A stretch of 64,000 nt of DNA from Octopus sinensis (GCF_006345805.1 NC_042999.1:29822001-29886000); one strand, 5' to 3'. Numbered from the stretch's first letter, positions 1 to 13,408 are shown. The notes: generated by a model from the letters alone, not told the origin. Made by a program: numbers and translations.

Positions 1-492
1 TAGATAGATAGATAGATAAAGATATATGTACATGTGTGTGTGTGTGAGAAAAGGTAATTCCTTTTATATATATAGTACTGTCGTAAAGACTGCACGTATC
101 ATATCTCTCTGTTCTAACTTTTCTCATGTCAAAGACATTATTTCTTCCCCGTACGCTCTTTTACCCTCGTTCTGGTCTAACGAAACACCAGGTTTGGTTC
201 CCGTCGTTTTCTTTGTATGTCTCCACTGTCCTGTTTTTGTTCCTACCTTTGATCTTCCATAAGTCCCAAATTTTATTTTGGTACGTACGGGTGCAACTGT
301 CTTCGAAGTCTCATATGGTCATCCAATGCTCGTATTGCTGAGTAGATAGACAGCTGACAAGTGATGAAGTGTCATTCTTTAAGTTACTTGAGCTGTTTTG
401 CATTTGTTTCCTGTTTTGTCTCCGTATTGAAGTCATTTGCATTCGTATTTCCTGTTGTTTACTGCTGGTGGCGTCCTGTACGCACACATGCA

Positions 493-520
<28 letters not shown>

Positions 521-524
<4 letters not shown>

Positions 525-709
525 TTCATGTAGGATAATTTTTTTCTAAAAACACTTCACCAATGGTCAGCATATTAAAAAATGCATTTAAAGGTTAAAT
601 TTATAAACTACTTATAAATAAAGGCAAATTTTCTAATGCCAATATGCCGAAATTAGACACTTTGTCCATAACCATTATTTTTTTTTGTGAAAAATTATAC
701 TGGTTATGG

Positions 710-782
<73 letters not shown>

Positions 783-960
783 ATATATAACTGATAAATA
801 AGGGCAAACAAAAAAAATTCTAATGACAAATATGCCGAAATTAGACACCTTGCCCATAACCATTATTATTTTTTGTGAAAAATCATAGTGGTTATGGACA
901 ATGTGTCTAATTCCAGCATATTTGGCATTAGGAATATTTTGTTTGCCCTTATTTATAAGT

Positions 961-963
<3 letters not shown>
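521..963. repeat. Fold-back insert family A within (TA)n: ~178-bp hairpin (786-963) plus an upstream partial copy (~610-712)
   Basis: ataactgataaataagggcaaac...gccgaaattagacaccttgcccataacc is inverted as ggttatggacaatgtgtctaattccagc...gtttgcccttatttataagttat; centre ~875-877; (TA)n on both sides. Confidence 0.8.
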
Positions 964-994
<31 letters not shown>

Positions 995-2937
995 ATATGT
1001 ATGTATGTATGTGTGTATGTATGTATGTATGTATGTATGTATGTATGTACGCATATATATATATATATGAGCTTACACATAGGTGGTGCGACATTTTATA
1101 TGTTGACACTTCTTTCCGATGGTCTAATTGCTGTTTTACCTTACTTTTCAGATAAATAATGATTGACATAAGGTGACTTGACAAATGGTAAAACGCTGTG
1201 ATATAGAGATAGCACGTTTCCTGGATGTTGCAGGAAACTTCATTGTTCAAAATTTCCTGGAAGCTGCTGACGGAAACAAAGTTGGCACATAAACATGACG
1301 GACATGCACAGGGCCCTAATGAATTCGGAACACATATCTCTGCCACAGATGTCCGACAAATAATCCAAACAAAACTGCGCATATTCTATCCGTGTCTTTC
1401 CAAATGAACTGAAGCATTCCGAATGCCTTTTAAGAAGTTGTGCAACTACATATCCGGTAAAAGTCTTATTTGATTTGGAGCTGTCATTGTATGCCGGATG
1501 AGAATCGTTGGATCCATGGAGAGAATTTGCTTAAAATGTTAACACACAAGAAGGCTGAAATGAAGTCCTCCGGTAAGAATAAATCTTCTATCACAACCAA
1601 GTGGCACACACAAAGAAAGACGAATGGGATTAAAATGATGCAGAAATTAAGTGCAAGAGGCATTCTTATTGAGTAGAAATACAATTACACTTAGAATACG
1701 CTGATTTGACATGGTCCCACAGCCGGACTCATCGGAACCCAGCCTGCAATTGGTATGACAATTGCTTTTCAAAGGCACCAATGGATGAGGGCCCTCAATA
1801 TTGAAGCACCTAAGCCCTTCTGTAGAAAGATGAATAGTTAGCGAGAAATATAGAGACATAGCCATATTTTTAGATGTATGACGATTTATGAACATATCTA
1901 CCGACACATATGTGTGGATTTACCGGGTGAGTAGGATTGTTTTGGTGTGGGGATCATTTGTATGGGATTAGTGAAAAACCCATAGCTCATCAAATATTCT
2001 AATCTCAAGCACATAGTAAAGTGTTTGACATCCCAGTTTGATGCAACGATTGAAATATTGGTTCTCCCAAGAAAGTCCTCCCCGGTGAATATGCTGGAGA
2101 ATACAAATATGGCTTGTGCAGGAGAATATATATCACGGAAAGGTATTCATCAGCTGTGGCAAACATGAGTGGTGGCAAGTATAAGTGGCTGATAAAATTG
2201 AGGTTGTTGGCACAGTAACGCGTTAACGTCTGCAATCGATCCTCAGAAGAAGAGAGATTTGTAAGGAAGCCAAACTTGTTATCTTGAAATGGTTTGTTTT
2301 TTGTTTTGTCCCTACTCTCACCTATGTTCATTGATTTTTGGTAATGACAGGAAGTGCAGACACACACACACACACATACACACACACGAACGTACGCTTA
2401 CATTCTCTCTCTCAATCTCTCACACACACATACACGCAAGCACACAGTCACACATATGTATAGTGTATGTAGGTGTGTGAATGTTTGTATAGCCGAATAT
2501 CTAAACATAGTGAGATCAATAAGCAGTTAGTGATCCAGATGAAACAACTCAAGCTCTTTGCAGTTAAAGATGAACAAAGGTAGCAAAATCGTCTTGAGAT
2601 TGGTGTTAGAATACACGCAAACTGATTTCAATTGTTTTCGATAAGGATTGAACTGATTTAGTTATATAGGTGTTATTAATCGAGCAATCCTTAATCGATC
2701 ACCTGAAAAGATAGAGACCAAATCACCGGTTAATTCGTTAGAACCATATCTGTATGTCACAACGTTAGAAGGTTCAATTTAAAGTACTAAATTTAAATCT
2801 AACATATTTCTGTTCGAATTTTATGTATAACCAATTTACGATTTCTATATGAATATATTAATATATAATAAGAAGTTAAATAATATAGAAGTAGAAAATT
2901 TCACAAGTTTTTCTGGAGTTCAACATAGTCTAAATAA

Positions 2938-3510
2938 TAGGTTTTCAAAGTAGGTGCTACCTCCACCCACTGCTAGGAGCTGAAGCAGTCCATGTGGGTG
3001 CTGGTTCCTAAGGCTGCGTTCAGTGGCGAAAGAGAAAAAGGAGACGCTGGAGAAGGAAACAAGTGGATTATTAGTGTTGTGTACAAATGATAAAATATTA
3101 TTTTAAATATCAAGTGATTTATAGTACATATAAATTAGTAAAGTATAACATAAAAACTTGGAGGCACATGGCCTAGTAGTTGGAGCAGGATCGTGAGTTC
3201 GAATCTCAGACCAGGTGATGTGTGTGTTTATGAGCGAAACACCTAAGCTCCACGCAGATCCGGCAGAAGGTAATGGCGAACTTCAGCTGACTCTTTCGCC
3301 ACAACTTTCTCTCACTCTTTCCTCCTGTATCTTGCAGCTCACCTGCGACCGTGGGGAACCTATACGCCAAGGAATCTGTGAAACCGGCCCTATCAGCCAG
3401 GCGTTGCTCGAGAAGGAACAAACAATACATAAAAAAATGGATGGGGCGCTGAGTGTATTATGTGGCTATGGTGGCGTGGGGGTGGCCCAAGAAGTTTAAG
3501 AAGCTCTGTC
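2938..3510. mobile_element. Degenerate hAT-like MITE interrupted by a SINE
   Basis: Imperfect terminal inverted repeats (tagggttttcaaagt / agtttaagaagctctg) and GC-richer subterminal blocks. Confidence 0.35.
3160..3426 (+). mobile_element. tRNA-derived SINE with target-site duplication
   Basis: A-box tggcctagtagttgg, B-box gagttcgaatctc (3196-3208), (AAC)-type tail, acataaaaa at 3148-3156 and 3427-3435; related body at 52370-52530. Confidence 0.8.
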
Positions 3511-5109
3511 GTTATAAAATAGTGAAAGGTGTGCTTAAACGAATGATGATACGCCTAGTAACATCAATACTTTTTTTGACAATCTCTGCGTTATCGATCA
3601 ATAATGATTCATTGGTAAGCATATGATAATGACTTATGTTCGTACGACAATAATCATGTTACTATGAATTTTAGTCTGTATCATTCCTCTTCATATAAAG
3701 AAGTGAGACACGCATTGAATTATTGATATACATAAAATACATACATTGTGATATGGAGGATACATTCGATGCGGTTTAAATATCAAAATTGAAAATGCTA
3801 ATTGAAATTTATACGAAGGATTTGGTTTAGCCTTCGTTCTCCTTAGGCAAGATCCTTCTGTGAGTAACACATGACAAGCAATATTAATTTTTCAGTAAAA
3901 AAGTTTGAAGAGGCGGCGGGCAATTACAAAACTGATTCCAGTTGTTACTGCGACCAGTAGTAGTATTAGTAGTAGCTGCAGCAGCAGTAGTAGTAGGAGC
4001 AGCACCAGTAGTAGCAATAGCCATAGTGACAGCATTCTTGAGTTCACATTCATGTACAAATTAAATAATTACCTTCGACCACGCAGAATATATATGAATA
4101 TTATTTGACGCAAATTTCCTCTGGATACCTCATAAATTTCTCGACATCGGTTAGGAGAATCCGACATAGGTATACATGATATACATACAAAATCATTTAT
4201 ACACGCGTAAATATACGCACAATTACACGAACACAATCACACACAGACACACACATGCATACGTTTACACAAATATAATACAAACACGCACTGGGGCATA
4301 TAAATATGTGTGCGCGTGAGTGTGTGTGAATATATTTATATATGTGTGCGTATATGATACCTTTGTGTATTCCTGTGTTATGTTTCCCTATTTCGTTTAT
4401 ATTCTAGAATTGATGATTTTTATTTGTTTTGCTGTTTAATTCCCCGCTGCCAAGTGGAATGAAATATTGTTTTGCAAATTAATTCTCAAAACAAACGGTA
4501 TAAAATTCTTTCTGCCCAATCATATGCATATTTTACACTCTCGGTAGTTTTATAAATTTATAAGTACTTCCCCTAACGTGAAATATTTCTTAGGATTAAA
4601 GCTTATATATATTTGCTTGCAACAATATTTATTCACTGGAAACATTGAAAATTTACCCTTATAGCATAACACTTCATCTTCAATTGATTGATGAATCTAA
4701 CCCTCAGAGATTAAAATCTTCACTATAATCTATTTTGTTTCTCCGATTCTCAACTTATTCCTCATGTACAAAGATTATTGCTTTTCGGGGATTTTAACAG
4801 TAGAATTTGTTATCCTGGAGAATATCATAAAATCTAGCTGTCAGGAAGATGAGCTTAGTTTTCTTAGATAATCTTTAATCTTATACTTGTGTTCAACTTA
4901 GCAAATTTTATCTCCATGGTTATGTGCAATAAAGAGTGTGTAGCATATGATTTTTTTTTCTTAATCTGACAATGTTATCCTTCACAACGCAAAATGTAAA
5001 TAAACGTGGTATCAATTTGGGGGAAATATTTAGGAAATGTTTTTAAATAATAATAATAATTGTGTACAGTGCTCAGGTGCACTACAACTCATCTAAAGTG
5101 TATATATAA

Positions 5110-7867
5110 TCAGGTGTAGTTTCGGCGGATTTCGGAAAGCATGAGGGCCTTAAAAGATGCAGTGTCATGGCAGTCAACAACTGACGCAGGCAGTTTATTC
5201 CATGCTTCAGCAACTCTGAGCATGAAAAAATGTTTCCGAAAGTCATGGGAGCTGTATTGTTTTCTGACTTTGTAGGCATGTCCACGTGTGTTAGACACAT
5301 GGAGATCAAAAAGGTGTTCAGTGTTGTTGTTGGTGAGGTAGTTGATAACTTTGTGGGTGTTTACCAAGTCCGTCGCCAAACGCCGGAGCTTCAGTGAATC
5401 CATGCCCAGGGAAACAAGGCGCTCAGATTATGGTAGGTGTCTGATGGAGGGTATGCGTTTGGTTGCACGTCTCTGGACAGATTCCAGGAGGTCAATGTTC
5501 TGTGCAAGATAGGGGTTCCAAACTGATGATGCGAATTCCAAGTGTGGCCGTACCATAGCTGTATACAGTTTTAAATAGATGGCTGGAGAGCGGCTAAGAA
5601 AAGACCTGCTGAGTGATGCCAAGACACCCTCGGCCTTCCTGACAATCTTAGAGATATGCTTTGACCAACGCAAATCACTGCTGACAGTGATGCCTAGGTC
5701 ATGCTCGCAAGAGGATTTCTTGATATCAGTGTTGTGGAGGGAGTAAGTGAACGCAGGGGTTTTTTCTCCCAAAATGCATGGTGGTACACTTGTCCACAGC
5801 CAGTTTCAGTTGCAAGTCTGTGATCCATTGCTGCATTGTGTCTAGGTCTGATTGCAGGAAAGAGTTGTAGACATCAGGATCTGTCCTCTTGATTTCAAGG
5901 TACAGCTTGATGTCGTCTGCATATTTCAGTACTGTGGCATTCTTTAAATTGGCATCTATGTCGTTAATGTATGCCACAAACAAGAGGGGACCAAGGACAG
6001 ATCCCTGTGGTACACCCGATGACATCTCATATGGTGTAGAGTGCTGTCCTAGAACTGTGACTACCTCCTTTCGGGAGAGGATGAAGGATTTCAACCAGTT
6101 AAAAAGGTCATCCCCCACACCCATTGCAGAGAGTTTCACCATAAGCCTTTTGTGTGGCACAGAGTTGAAAGCCTTGGCAAAGTCAAGGTAGACAACATCC
6201 ACCCATGAGCCACTGTCAGTAATCTGAGTAATGTCCTCAAGGAACTCGACAAGCTGGTCACTGCAGCTGGAGTTAGGGACAAATCCATATTGTGAGGGTC
6301 GGATGAGACTGTGAGAGCTCCAGAAGTTCCAGAGTGTTTCTCTGACACACGATTCCATCAGTTTTGCAATACAGCTAGTGAGACTGACTGGGCGATAGTT
6401 GACAGGTGATGTGCGGTCGCCCTTTTTGAACAGAGGAATGACACTGGCAGTTTTCCACTGCTCCGGAGTAGCACCATTGTTGAGACAGTACTGGAAGAAA
6501 ATAGAAAGCTGGTGTAAAAGGAAGTGCCTGCCACGTTTGAGAAGCAGGTATGTAACTCCATCCAGACCAGGGGAGGCATAGTTGCGCTTATTTTGAAGGT
6601 GACGTCGCAGCATTGCAGGTGTAAATTCCATAGTTGTTATGGAGTTTGCTGTTAGTGATTGGTGAAGATGGTACATTTTGACTTTCAACAGTGAATATGT
6701 TTGCATAGCACTCGGCAATGAGTTCTGCGCATTCCTTGGGGTCGTCAGTGATCTGGTTTGTGTGAGGGTTGCGAAGAGGGCCCACTGGAGAGTGAGGTCT
6801 CTGCTTTGAGTGCACATATTTCCAGAAAACCTTGCTGTCAGGATTGGCTGCTATGCACTGTTCAAATTCAAGCAATGCTTTTTTTGTCACTTGCTTGAGA
6901 TGGTTGGAGGATTTATTCCGCTTCTTCCTGTTGGTGTCTGATTTATGCAACCTGTATTCCCGTTCAGCAGTCCGACGTTCCCTCCTGGCAAGTCGGACCG
7001 CTGAATTGCCCTTTTGGGGCGGTTCTTCTTTTTTTGTTTACGTGGCACTGATGCTGCACATGCTGCCCATATTGAGTCCAGGATACTCTGGAGTATAGTA
7101 TTCACATCTCCAGAGTTGTAGAATTCACGCCAGTTTGGGTGCTGTAGTTCAGTGTGGTACAGGTTCCAATCTGCTCTCTTCCAATCGAAGGAAACAGATT
7201 GGAGATGGTGCAGGTTTTTGTTGCCCGCAAGAGCCAGATTGGTGATGATCATAGCATGATCAGAGTCACCTAGAGGTTCCTCCGTAGTGCAATTGATAAC
7301 CGCTTCAGGAGTTGTGGTGAAGAGCAGGTCCAAGGTGTTGTCGCCTCTTGTTGGAGAGGTGACTACTTGTGACCAGTTTGAGTCCAGCACAAGCTCAACA
7401 AAATCGTTTGCACTCTGTGGCCAATGGAAGGTCTCCCAATCGATCTCAGGATGATTGAAATCGCCTGCAATAAACACATAAGTGGCTGTTTTCCTGGCAG
7501 CAGCTCGGAGGACATTGCAAAGCTGTGTGTCCCGATGGTAACTTGGGGGACGATAAACAACGCCAAGCAGGAGTGTTGACATGGTCATACGCACGTCACA
7601 GAAAAAAACTTCTTCTTGTGATTCGTTCAAATCGGCACAAGGAATTACCAAAAAATTTGAACGAACGTAGACCATCACACCACCACCACGGCGGTTAGTG
7701 CGGTCCTTACGGAAGAGGTTGTACCCCGTAATGTTGAAAACCCCATCACAGAGTAAGGAATGCGCCCATGTTTCCGTGATAGTGATGAAGTCAGGGTCAA
7801 CACTTCTGACGTAGGCGTTGAACAAATGTATTTTGTTGCATAAACTGCGAGCATTTAAGGACAACAA
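5110..7867 (-). pseudogene. CR1 ORF2 (APE endonuclease-reverse transcriptase), disrupted
   Basis: Motifs LNARS, ITETW, GDFN, LDL, SDH; NYRPVSL, YLDFAKAF, GVPQGSVLGPLLF, YADD; frameshifts near 7030, 6655 and 5757 and an in-frame TAA at 5428. Confidence 0.93.
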
Positions 7868-7923
7868 TTTGTACCCTGCTCGCAGTTTATGATGGTGTGT
7901 AGAGGATGGCAGGTTGTTCTGGC

Positions 7924-8345
7924 TTAGTTTCCCTGAGTTGCTGTAGTCTTTTTAGTTATTGTGGGTAGAGAGCACTCAGACCAGCTGGTATCTCTCTTCC
8001 ACGTTTCAGCAGTCTTGACAAATCTCCAGATTTGTCCATCTTCCCGAAGACTGAAGCTTTCCTGTAGAGCTGAGTTCCTATTCAGGGAAGCCACTACACG
8101 TGGCTTCGGACGTACATCGGACGGTAAGCCTGGGCGTGTTCGGAAGGTGGTCCGATTTTCCCGCCCAGCTTTAACTGAGGCCAGATGGTAAGAGGTTGCC
8201 TCAGTGGGGTCCGTAAAAGACAACTTGATGAGCCTAGGTTTTGGGCCAGGTCGTCCAAGGCGGATAGCACCCGTTGGGGGAACGCAGCCTAGGTCTTTGG
8301 CTGAGTTGGCAGCAAAAGCCTGAAGATCAGAAGATTTTGTTTCTC
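7924..8345 (-). pseudogene. CR1 ORF1 C-terminal part
   Basis: Open frame ...GAIRLGRPGPKPRLIKLSF...TTATQGN*; RLG..KPRLIK motif typical of CR1/L2 ORF1. Confidence 0.75.
7927..7933 (-). promoter_or_regulatory. Putative -1 ribosomal frameshift slippery site G_GGA_AAC
   Basis: Minus strand CAG GGA AAC TAA ends ORF1; the -1 frame reads GKLSQNNLPSSTHHHKLRAGYKLLSLNARS into ORF2 without a stop or ATG. Confidence 0.6.
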
Positions 8346-8530
8346 ATTGTGTAATCGAATAGAATTTAATAATAGGTTGAATAATATTGATGTAACATAA
8401 TAAATGGTTACATAATAAAAAAAATAAACACATGAAAACAAACATACGTCTACACATACTTACAAACACACACACTCACAAACACATATATAGAAAGACA
8501 GATTCACACACACACACATATATATATATC

Positions 8531-8562
<32 letters not shown>

Positions 8563-9401
8563 TATGTTTAAAAAATATATATACTGAATACATATGTAGA
8601 CAAAAATGTACATATATGTGTGCGTGTGTGTATGTGTATACATATATGAATAGAAATGTTGTAGGTATTTTGATAAATAGATCTTTCATTTAACTGAACA
8701 GCAGACGTTGTTCCTTTCGGCTTGCTACCACTCCTTAGCGATATTCTAGGTTTGAATTGAAATATGTGAGGAATTTTGAGAATTCTCTCTCCTGCGAAGT
8801 TATCGCATCAGTGCTATCTGTTGCATCACTGCTCAGAATCTTCAACTCTCCGGACCGATAATGTCGACTTAATTCAGAAATTGTTCTATTGCACCGATAA
8901 ACAAACAAGCTGATAACATTTTTTCTTTCCAACCTTATATCAAATGGCATTGTACGTACGTATAGCAAACGGTATTGTACGTACTTCGAAATCTGGCATC
9001 CGTAAGTAAAATTGCCACCAAACATATACATTTCTTCGAAAATTAAGGTGAGACAAAACACGAGAAACACCTATTTCATGTGACTACTAACAAAGAAAAT
9101 AATTATCGAGTTCCTTAGAAACCAAAACACCTCTTCTCTCCCGAGTTCTCCAGATTTAACTAAACGTAGTTGAGAGATGCTACTTCAACGATTGCAGAAT
9201 TTATGAGTTTATCAGGCATAAAGTGCCATTTCCATCACGTGTTATTCTTTCCCTGGATAGTTTCCAGAGGATTTTTCTTCAAAATATAAAAGGCAGGGCA
9301 TTATCATTTACATCACTGCGTCTCACTGGACTACACACCACATAAACTCGTTTGGATTATGAGGTATAAAATATTGCACTTGTCTTCGATAGTAATCCAG
9401 T

Positions 9402-9873
9402 GTTCTTCTTCTTCTTCGTCTTCTTCTTCTTCTTCTTCTTCTTCTTCTTCTTCTTCTTCTTCTTCTTCTTCTTCTTCTTCTTCTCCTTCTTCTTCTCTTC
9501 TTCTTCTTCGTCCTCCTCTTCCGCTTCCCCTTCTTCTTATTCTTTTTCTTCTTTCTCTGTCCTTCCTCATCTCCTTCCTCTTCTTCTTTTTCTTCTTCTT
9601 TCTCTGTTTCTTCCACTTCGTCTTCTTCTTCCTGATTCCCTTCCTCTTCTTTTTTCTTCTTGTTCTTCTTCTTTCTCTGTTTCTTCCTCTTCGTCTTCTT
9701 CTTCCTGATTCCCTTCCTCTTCTTTTCTCGTCTTTTTCTTCTTCTTTCTCTGTTTTCTTCCTCTTCGTCTTCTTCTTCCTCATCCCCTTCATCATGTTTG
9801 TTTCTTATTTTTCTTCTTCCTTCTCATCATCTTCTTCTTCTTCTTCTTCTCTTCTTCTTCTTCTTCTTCTTCT
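9402..9873. repeat. (TTC)n-based polypyrimidine/polypurine tract
   Basis: Pure (TTC)n ends with a degenerate, internally duplicated middle. Confidence 0.95.
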
Positions 9874-9930
9874 TGTGGTGGTATGGCAAACTCCAAAAAA
9901 TTTAAGCCGTCTATCGTAAAAAAGGCGACG

Positions 9931-10078
9931 TTTATTATTATTATTATTATTATCATTATTATTATTATTATTATTAATATTATTGTTATTGTTATTATTG
10001 TCGTTGTTGTTGTTGTTGCTGCTATTGGTGTTTCCGTCGCCGTTGCTATTGTTGTTGCTGTTGCTGCTGCTGATGTTG
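9931..10078. repeat. Compound trinucleotide microsatellite (TTA)n-(TTG)n-(CTG)n
   Basis: Seen directly. Confidence 0.9.
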
Positions 10079-11289
10079 TGTTGGTTTATTCATGTGTTAT
10101 TTTATTATATTTTATTACATTTCAACCGAGCCGGCCAACATCAGGCAAGTAGAGAAATCCAGAAAGACATTTTGGAAGACATCCCCCATACGGAATGTGG
10201 GAATGATTTTTTTTCTGTATCAAGGTCCACTTCAACAGTTGGCGGAAAGCAATAAATGACGCGCTGTTGGAGGGAAGAGCGTGTCTTTCATCCGACATAT
10301 ATCTCACAAAGACCAAGCATGTTTAGGATATCGATTGTTCTGTCTGGCGTGAACGTCTAGTGGATCGAAGTCGGTCAGGTATTAGAGGAGCCGGTGATAT
10401 TCCTAGAATTTAAACGAAACATGAGATTGAATTGTTTCAGAACAGATATAGAGAACATGCTTCACGTGCAGCCAGAAAACATACGAAAAATAAGGTTACT
10501 TATAGACCTATCAAATGCGGAAGAAGGCAGATAACATAAATGCAACTGTTCTAAGGCCACAAGCCACTTACGACCTTTAACCCCAAACAAATAACAGCCC
10601 TACTTACTGACCGCAATACATCCTCAACGACCGCAACACCACCAACACAACCACCACCAACAACAACAACAAAAACAGTAACAGCAACTACAACAAAAGC
10701 AGCAAAATCATCATCAAAATTGTCACGAAAATTATCGTCACCTAGAATTCCAAAATCCAACATGAACAATGACACGAGTCGTTGCAAAACCAAGAACAGC
10801 GCCAGGTACGAGGGCTATCGAAACGACATTAAACCCAGTAAATCTAGTATCATCATCACTTCAATCAGCAACAAGAAGAACAATCCAAAGTATCACCCAA
10901 CATGTCACCCAAGTCAGCTCTCTCTGTTCTCTGTTCTTGAACACATACTCATAGATACTCACACAAACACACTCTCACACAAGTTCACTCACATATGGAA
11001 AAATGAAGACGGAAAGGAACCACAAAGATTAAAAACAAAAAAATACACAAAAATAAGAGAGACAAACGAATAGAACTAGCCTGATACAAAACGCACTAGA
11101 ACCGAGATCGCTTACCCAGTGATCTCAGGCCAACAACAATGGTTGTGGCTGCAGGCAGCAAAAATAGGATTTCTAGCATATAATATCTAGCAGGGCAAGG
11201 GCGACGGTCAAACTTTTGAAGCAATAATTCGACAGGCTTTGATGCTCACATTGGTATATTTGATGTACGAGCATCTGGTATAACTTTTC

Positions 11290-12520
11290 CTAGTTTGCAT
11301 GTATCCAGAAAGGACAACTGGCTTTTGAATTTTGCACGAAAATGATTAAGTTTCTTAGGTGGTATAAATGCTGCTTTCTCAATTTTCGGGAATGTACACA
11401 TGGTATTTCAATTGACTTCTTGGATCTCTGTGACTGTTATGCTAAAATCTATGGCTTTACTTCCAACATAAAATTTATGTCTAGTTTTTCAAATACAGGC
11501 GTGGCATTTTTGGTCACAGAACTTAAGTTCCAAGGAGACAGAATATTGAGAGAGTTATTTTTCAGGCCCACGCCATCCCACATTCACCTCCAACGCTAGT
11601 CCAATAATAAACATATAATTCAGTCAAATCCGAAATCTCAATTTTCCATGATAAAACGGATTTCTACTGACACGGGGGATTACTGGAAACATGGAAATGC
11701 TTTCGTACGTGATTATGTCGAACACAATTACAGTGAAACACGACTCAAGGAAACAGCAAATGAGATTAGCAAAGAAAGTCAAACCTCCACGTATAATTTT
11801 AGCAAACACAAAGCAATATGTGACAGCATTCCTTTAGTGATTAACTGGCACAGGAATTTCGCTGGCATTTCAAAAGTATTGCATGCAAGTTACTAACATG
11901 TTGCCCGAAAAATATCTTCGTTTCAAACAGATATTTCCTCAGCCGCCTATTACAGCCTTTAGAATAAATAATATATAAGAGAACTATTGACGTCTATTTC
12001 CCACTCCAAGAAAACTAGCATTGGTGTATCTGCACGCTGTACCTTGAAAAACAGCCGCAATATAAAAAATCCCGGTTCATTGTGCAACCTCATGAGCCAA
12101 CGTAAATTCCAGCAGGATTCATAACAGAAATGTTATGATTTATACAGATTATATAGATTTCTATTTGGTGTACACGGTAGAATGCACGAAATACAACTCG
12201 ATTTACGTGGGTTGTACAAGAGAACAATTACGCAAAACATTTAAGACGAAAACGTAAGTGCATATTCTCAGAAAAATATTCTGAATCTCTCACACTTTCA
12301 ACACTTAGAATGTATGAATAAAAATGTTTGCGCTCATTAATATCGCACCTTGGAGGAATGAAGAAAGTGACAGAATTTCATCAAATTTATACAAAACTAT
12401 GACTAAATATTCTACTTTTCTTGTCTACCCTTTTTTTCGTCTGTTTTTCTTTTCGCCAGGTATACATTTGGAATTTAAAGACTGATGATGTCATTTCATC
12501 AAAATGTGGACGCTGGTTTC
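11290..12520 (+). mobile_element. Decayed Penelope-like element (RT C-terminus, linker, GIY-YIG endonuclease)
   Basis: NIKFMSSFSNTGVAFL..ELFFRPT, SQFSMIKRIST, IPLVINWH, IFPQPP and VYTVECTKYNSIYVGCTREQL, across frameshifts. Confidence 0.8.
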
Positions 12521-12792
12521 TCTCATTCATACTTTAAATTTGAATTTCTATGATTTAAACTTTTTATAACTATGTATATTAAACTCATCAGAAACACGCT
12601 TCCTGTCGATATATCGTTGAACCAATCGGATCTATTGCAATCGCATCGCACTCATCGTCTTCTCTATTATAAATATTATTATTATTATTATTATTATATT
12701 ATTATTATTATTATCATTAGTGTCAAAATGAGAGAGATGCATATGTAAATTCAAACTGTAAACGAGTGTATGTATGTATGTATGTATGTATG

Positions 12793-12826
<34 letters not shown>

Positions 12827-12836
12827 ATAATATATA

Positions 12837-12903
<67 letters not shown>

Positions 12904-12907
12904 GAGA

Positions 12908-13075
12908 TAAAGGGTGAAATATAATTAATTTAATAAAATCAACAAATTTCACGAAATAGTTTTTCGGTATGGAAAAGGACCATATTCTGTAAAATTATAT
13001 ATAATTATAACAATGAGGGTATTTGCAACAGGTTCCTAGACCACATACCGAAAGTATTAGAAATAGCAGCCAGAT
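12908..13075 (-). repeat. Fold-back family B copy (reverse complement of 45499-45663)
   Basis: taaagggtgaaatataatt...tcggtatggaaaaggaccatattc...accacataccgaaagtattagaaatagcagcc matches the 45.5-kb element; follows (TA)n. Confidence 0.8.
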
Positions 13076-13236
13076 TGTGAGTGTGTGTGTAAACATATGA
13101 GGAACCCACTCATGGGTTTCAACATGCTAGAAAGAACAGCTAGTTTCTATAACCACAAAATTAGGGTTAAATTTCGACAAGAACGAAATGAAAAATAAAA
13201 ACATTTTACAATCTAGTTTCCTATATATAATTATCA

Positions 13237-13407
13237 ATAATAAAGGGTGAAATTAATTAATTTAGAAATAATCATTAATTTCACCAAGCGCTGTGGTTTT
13301 ACTGGGATCTCCCTTTTAAGTAGAAAGTGTAGCCAAACCTTCTTGACTGCTATTTCTAAATTCGGTGTGTGGTGAGGCAAATCGTTGCTAAACCCTTTAT
13401 TACTTTG

Positions 13408-13408
<1 letters not shown>
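13237..13408. repeat. Family B-related short insert with inverted ends
   Basis: aataaagggt.../...accctttatt ends; shares gctatttctaa..ttcggt.tgtggt with family B; TA-flanked. Confidence 0.6.

Larger units (their letters stand above)
5046..8345 (-). mobile_element. CR1-clade LINE, 5'-truncated in ORF1, intact 3' end
   Basis: APE endonuclease + RT + CR1-type C-terminus (RRLATDL..TRGH..FFMLRVAEAWNKLP..VV..FK); 3' stem-loop agtgc/gcact and (ATT)n tail at 5046-5060; GC-richer than flanks. Confidence 0.95.

Noticed and set aside
1070-2290. Decayed coding-like region, probably an old transposon
   Set aside because: No diagnostic motif could be read in any frame
5110-7867. Idea that CR1 ORF2 is intact and only broken by homopolymer sequencing errors
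   Set aside because: Two frameshifts are at homopolymers, but there is also a nonsense substitution (5428), a third frameshift and a 5' truncation
9323-10255. Poly-E/R/S/F/I/L ORFs up to 186 aa
   Set aside because: Translations of (TTC)n and (TTA/TTG)n repeats; open in several frames on both strands
10150-10900. Possible LINE ORF1 remnant (TCFTCSQK knuckle-like plus a Thr-rich tract)
   Set aside because: Too degenerate to assign
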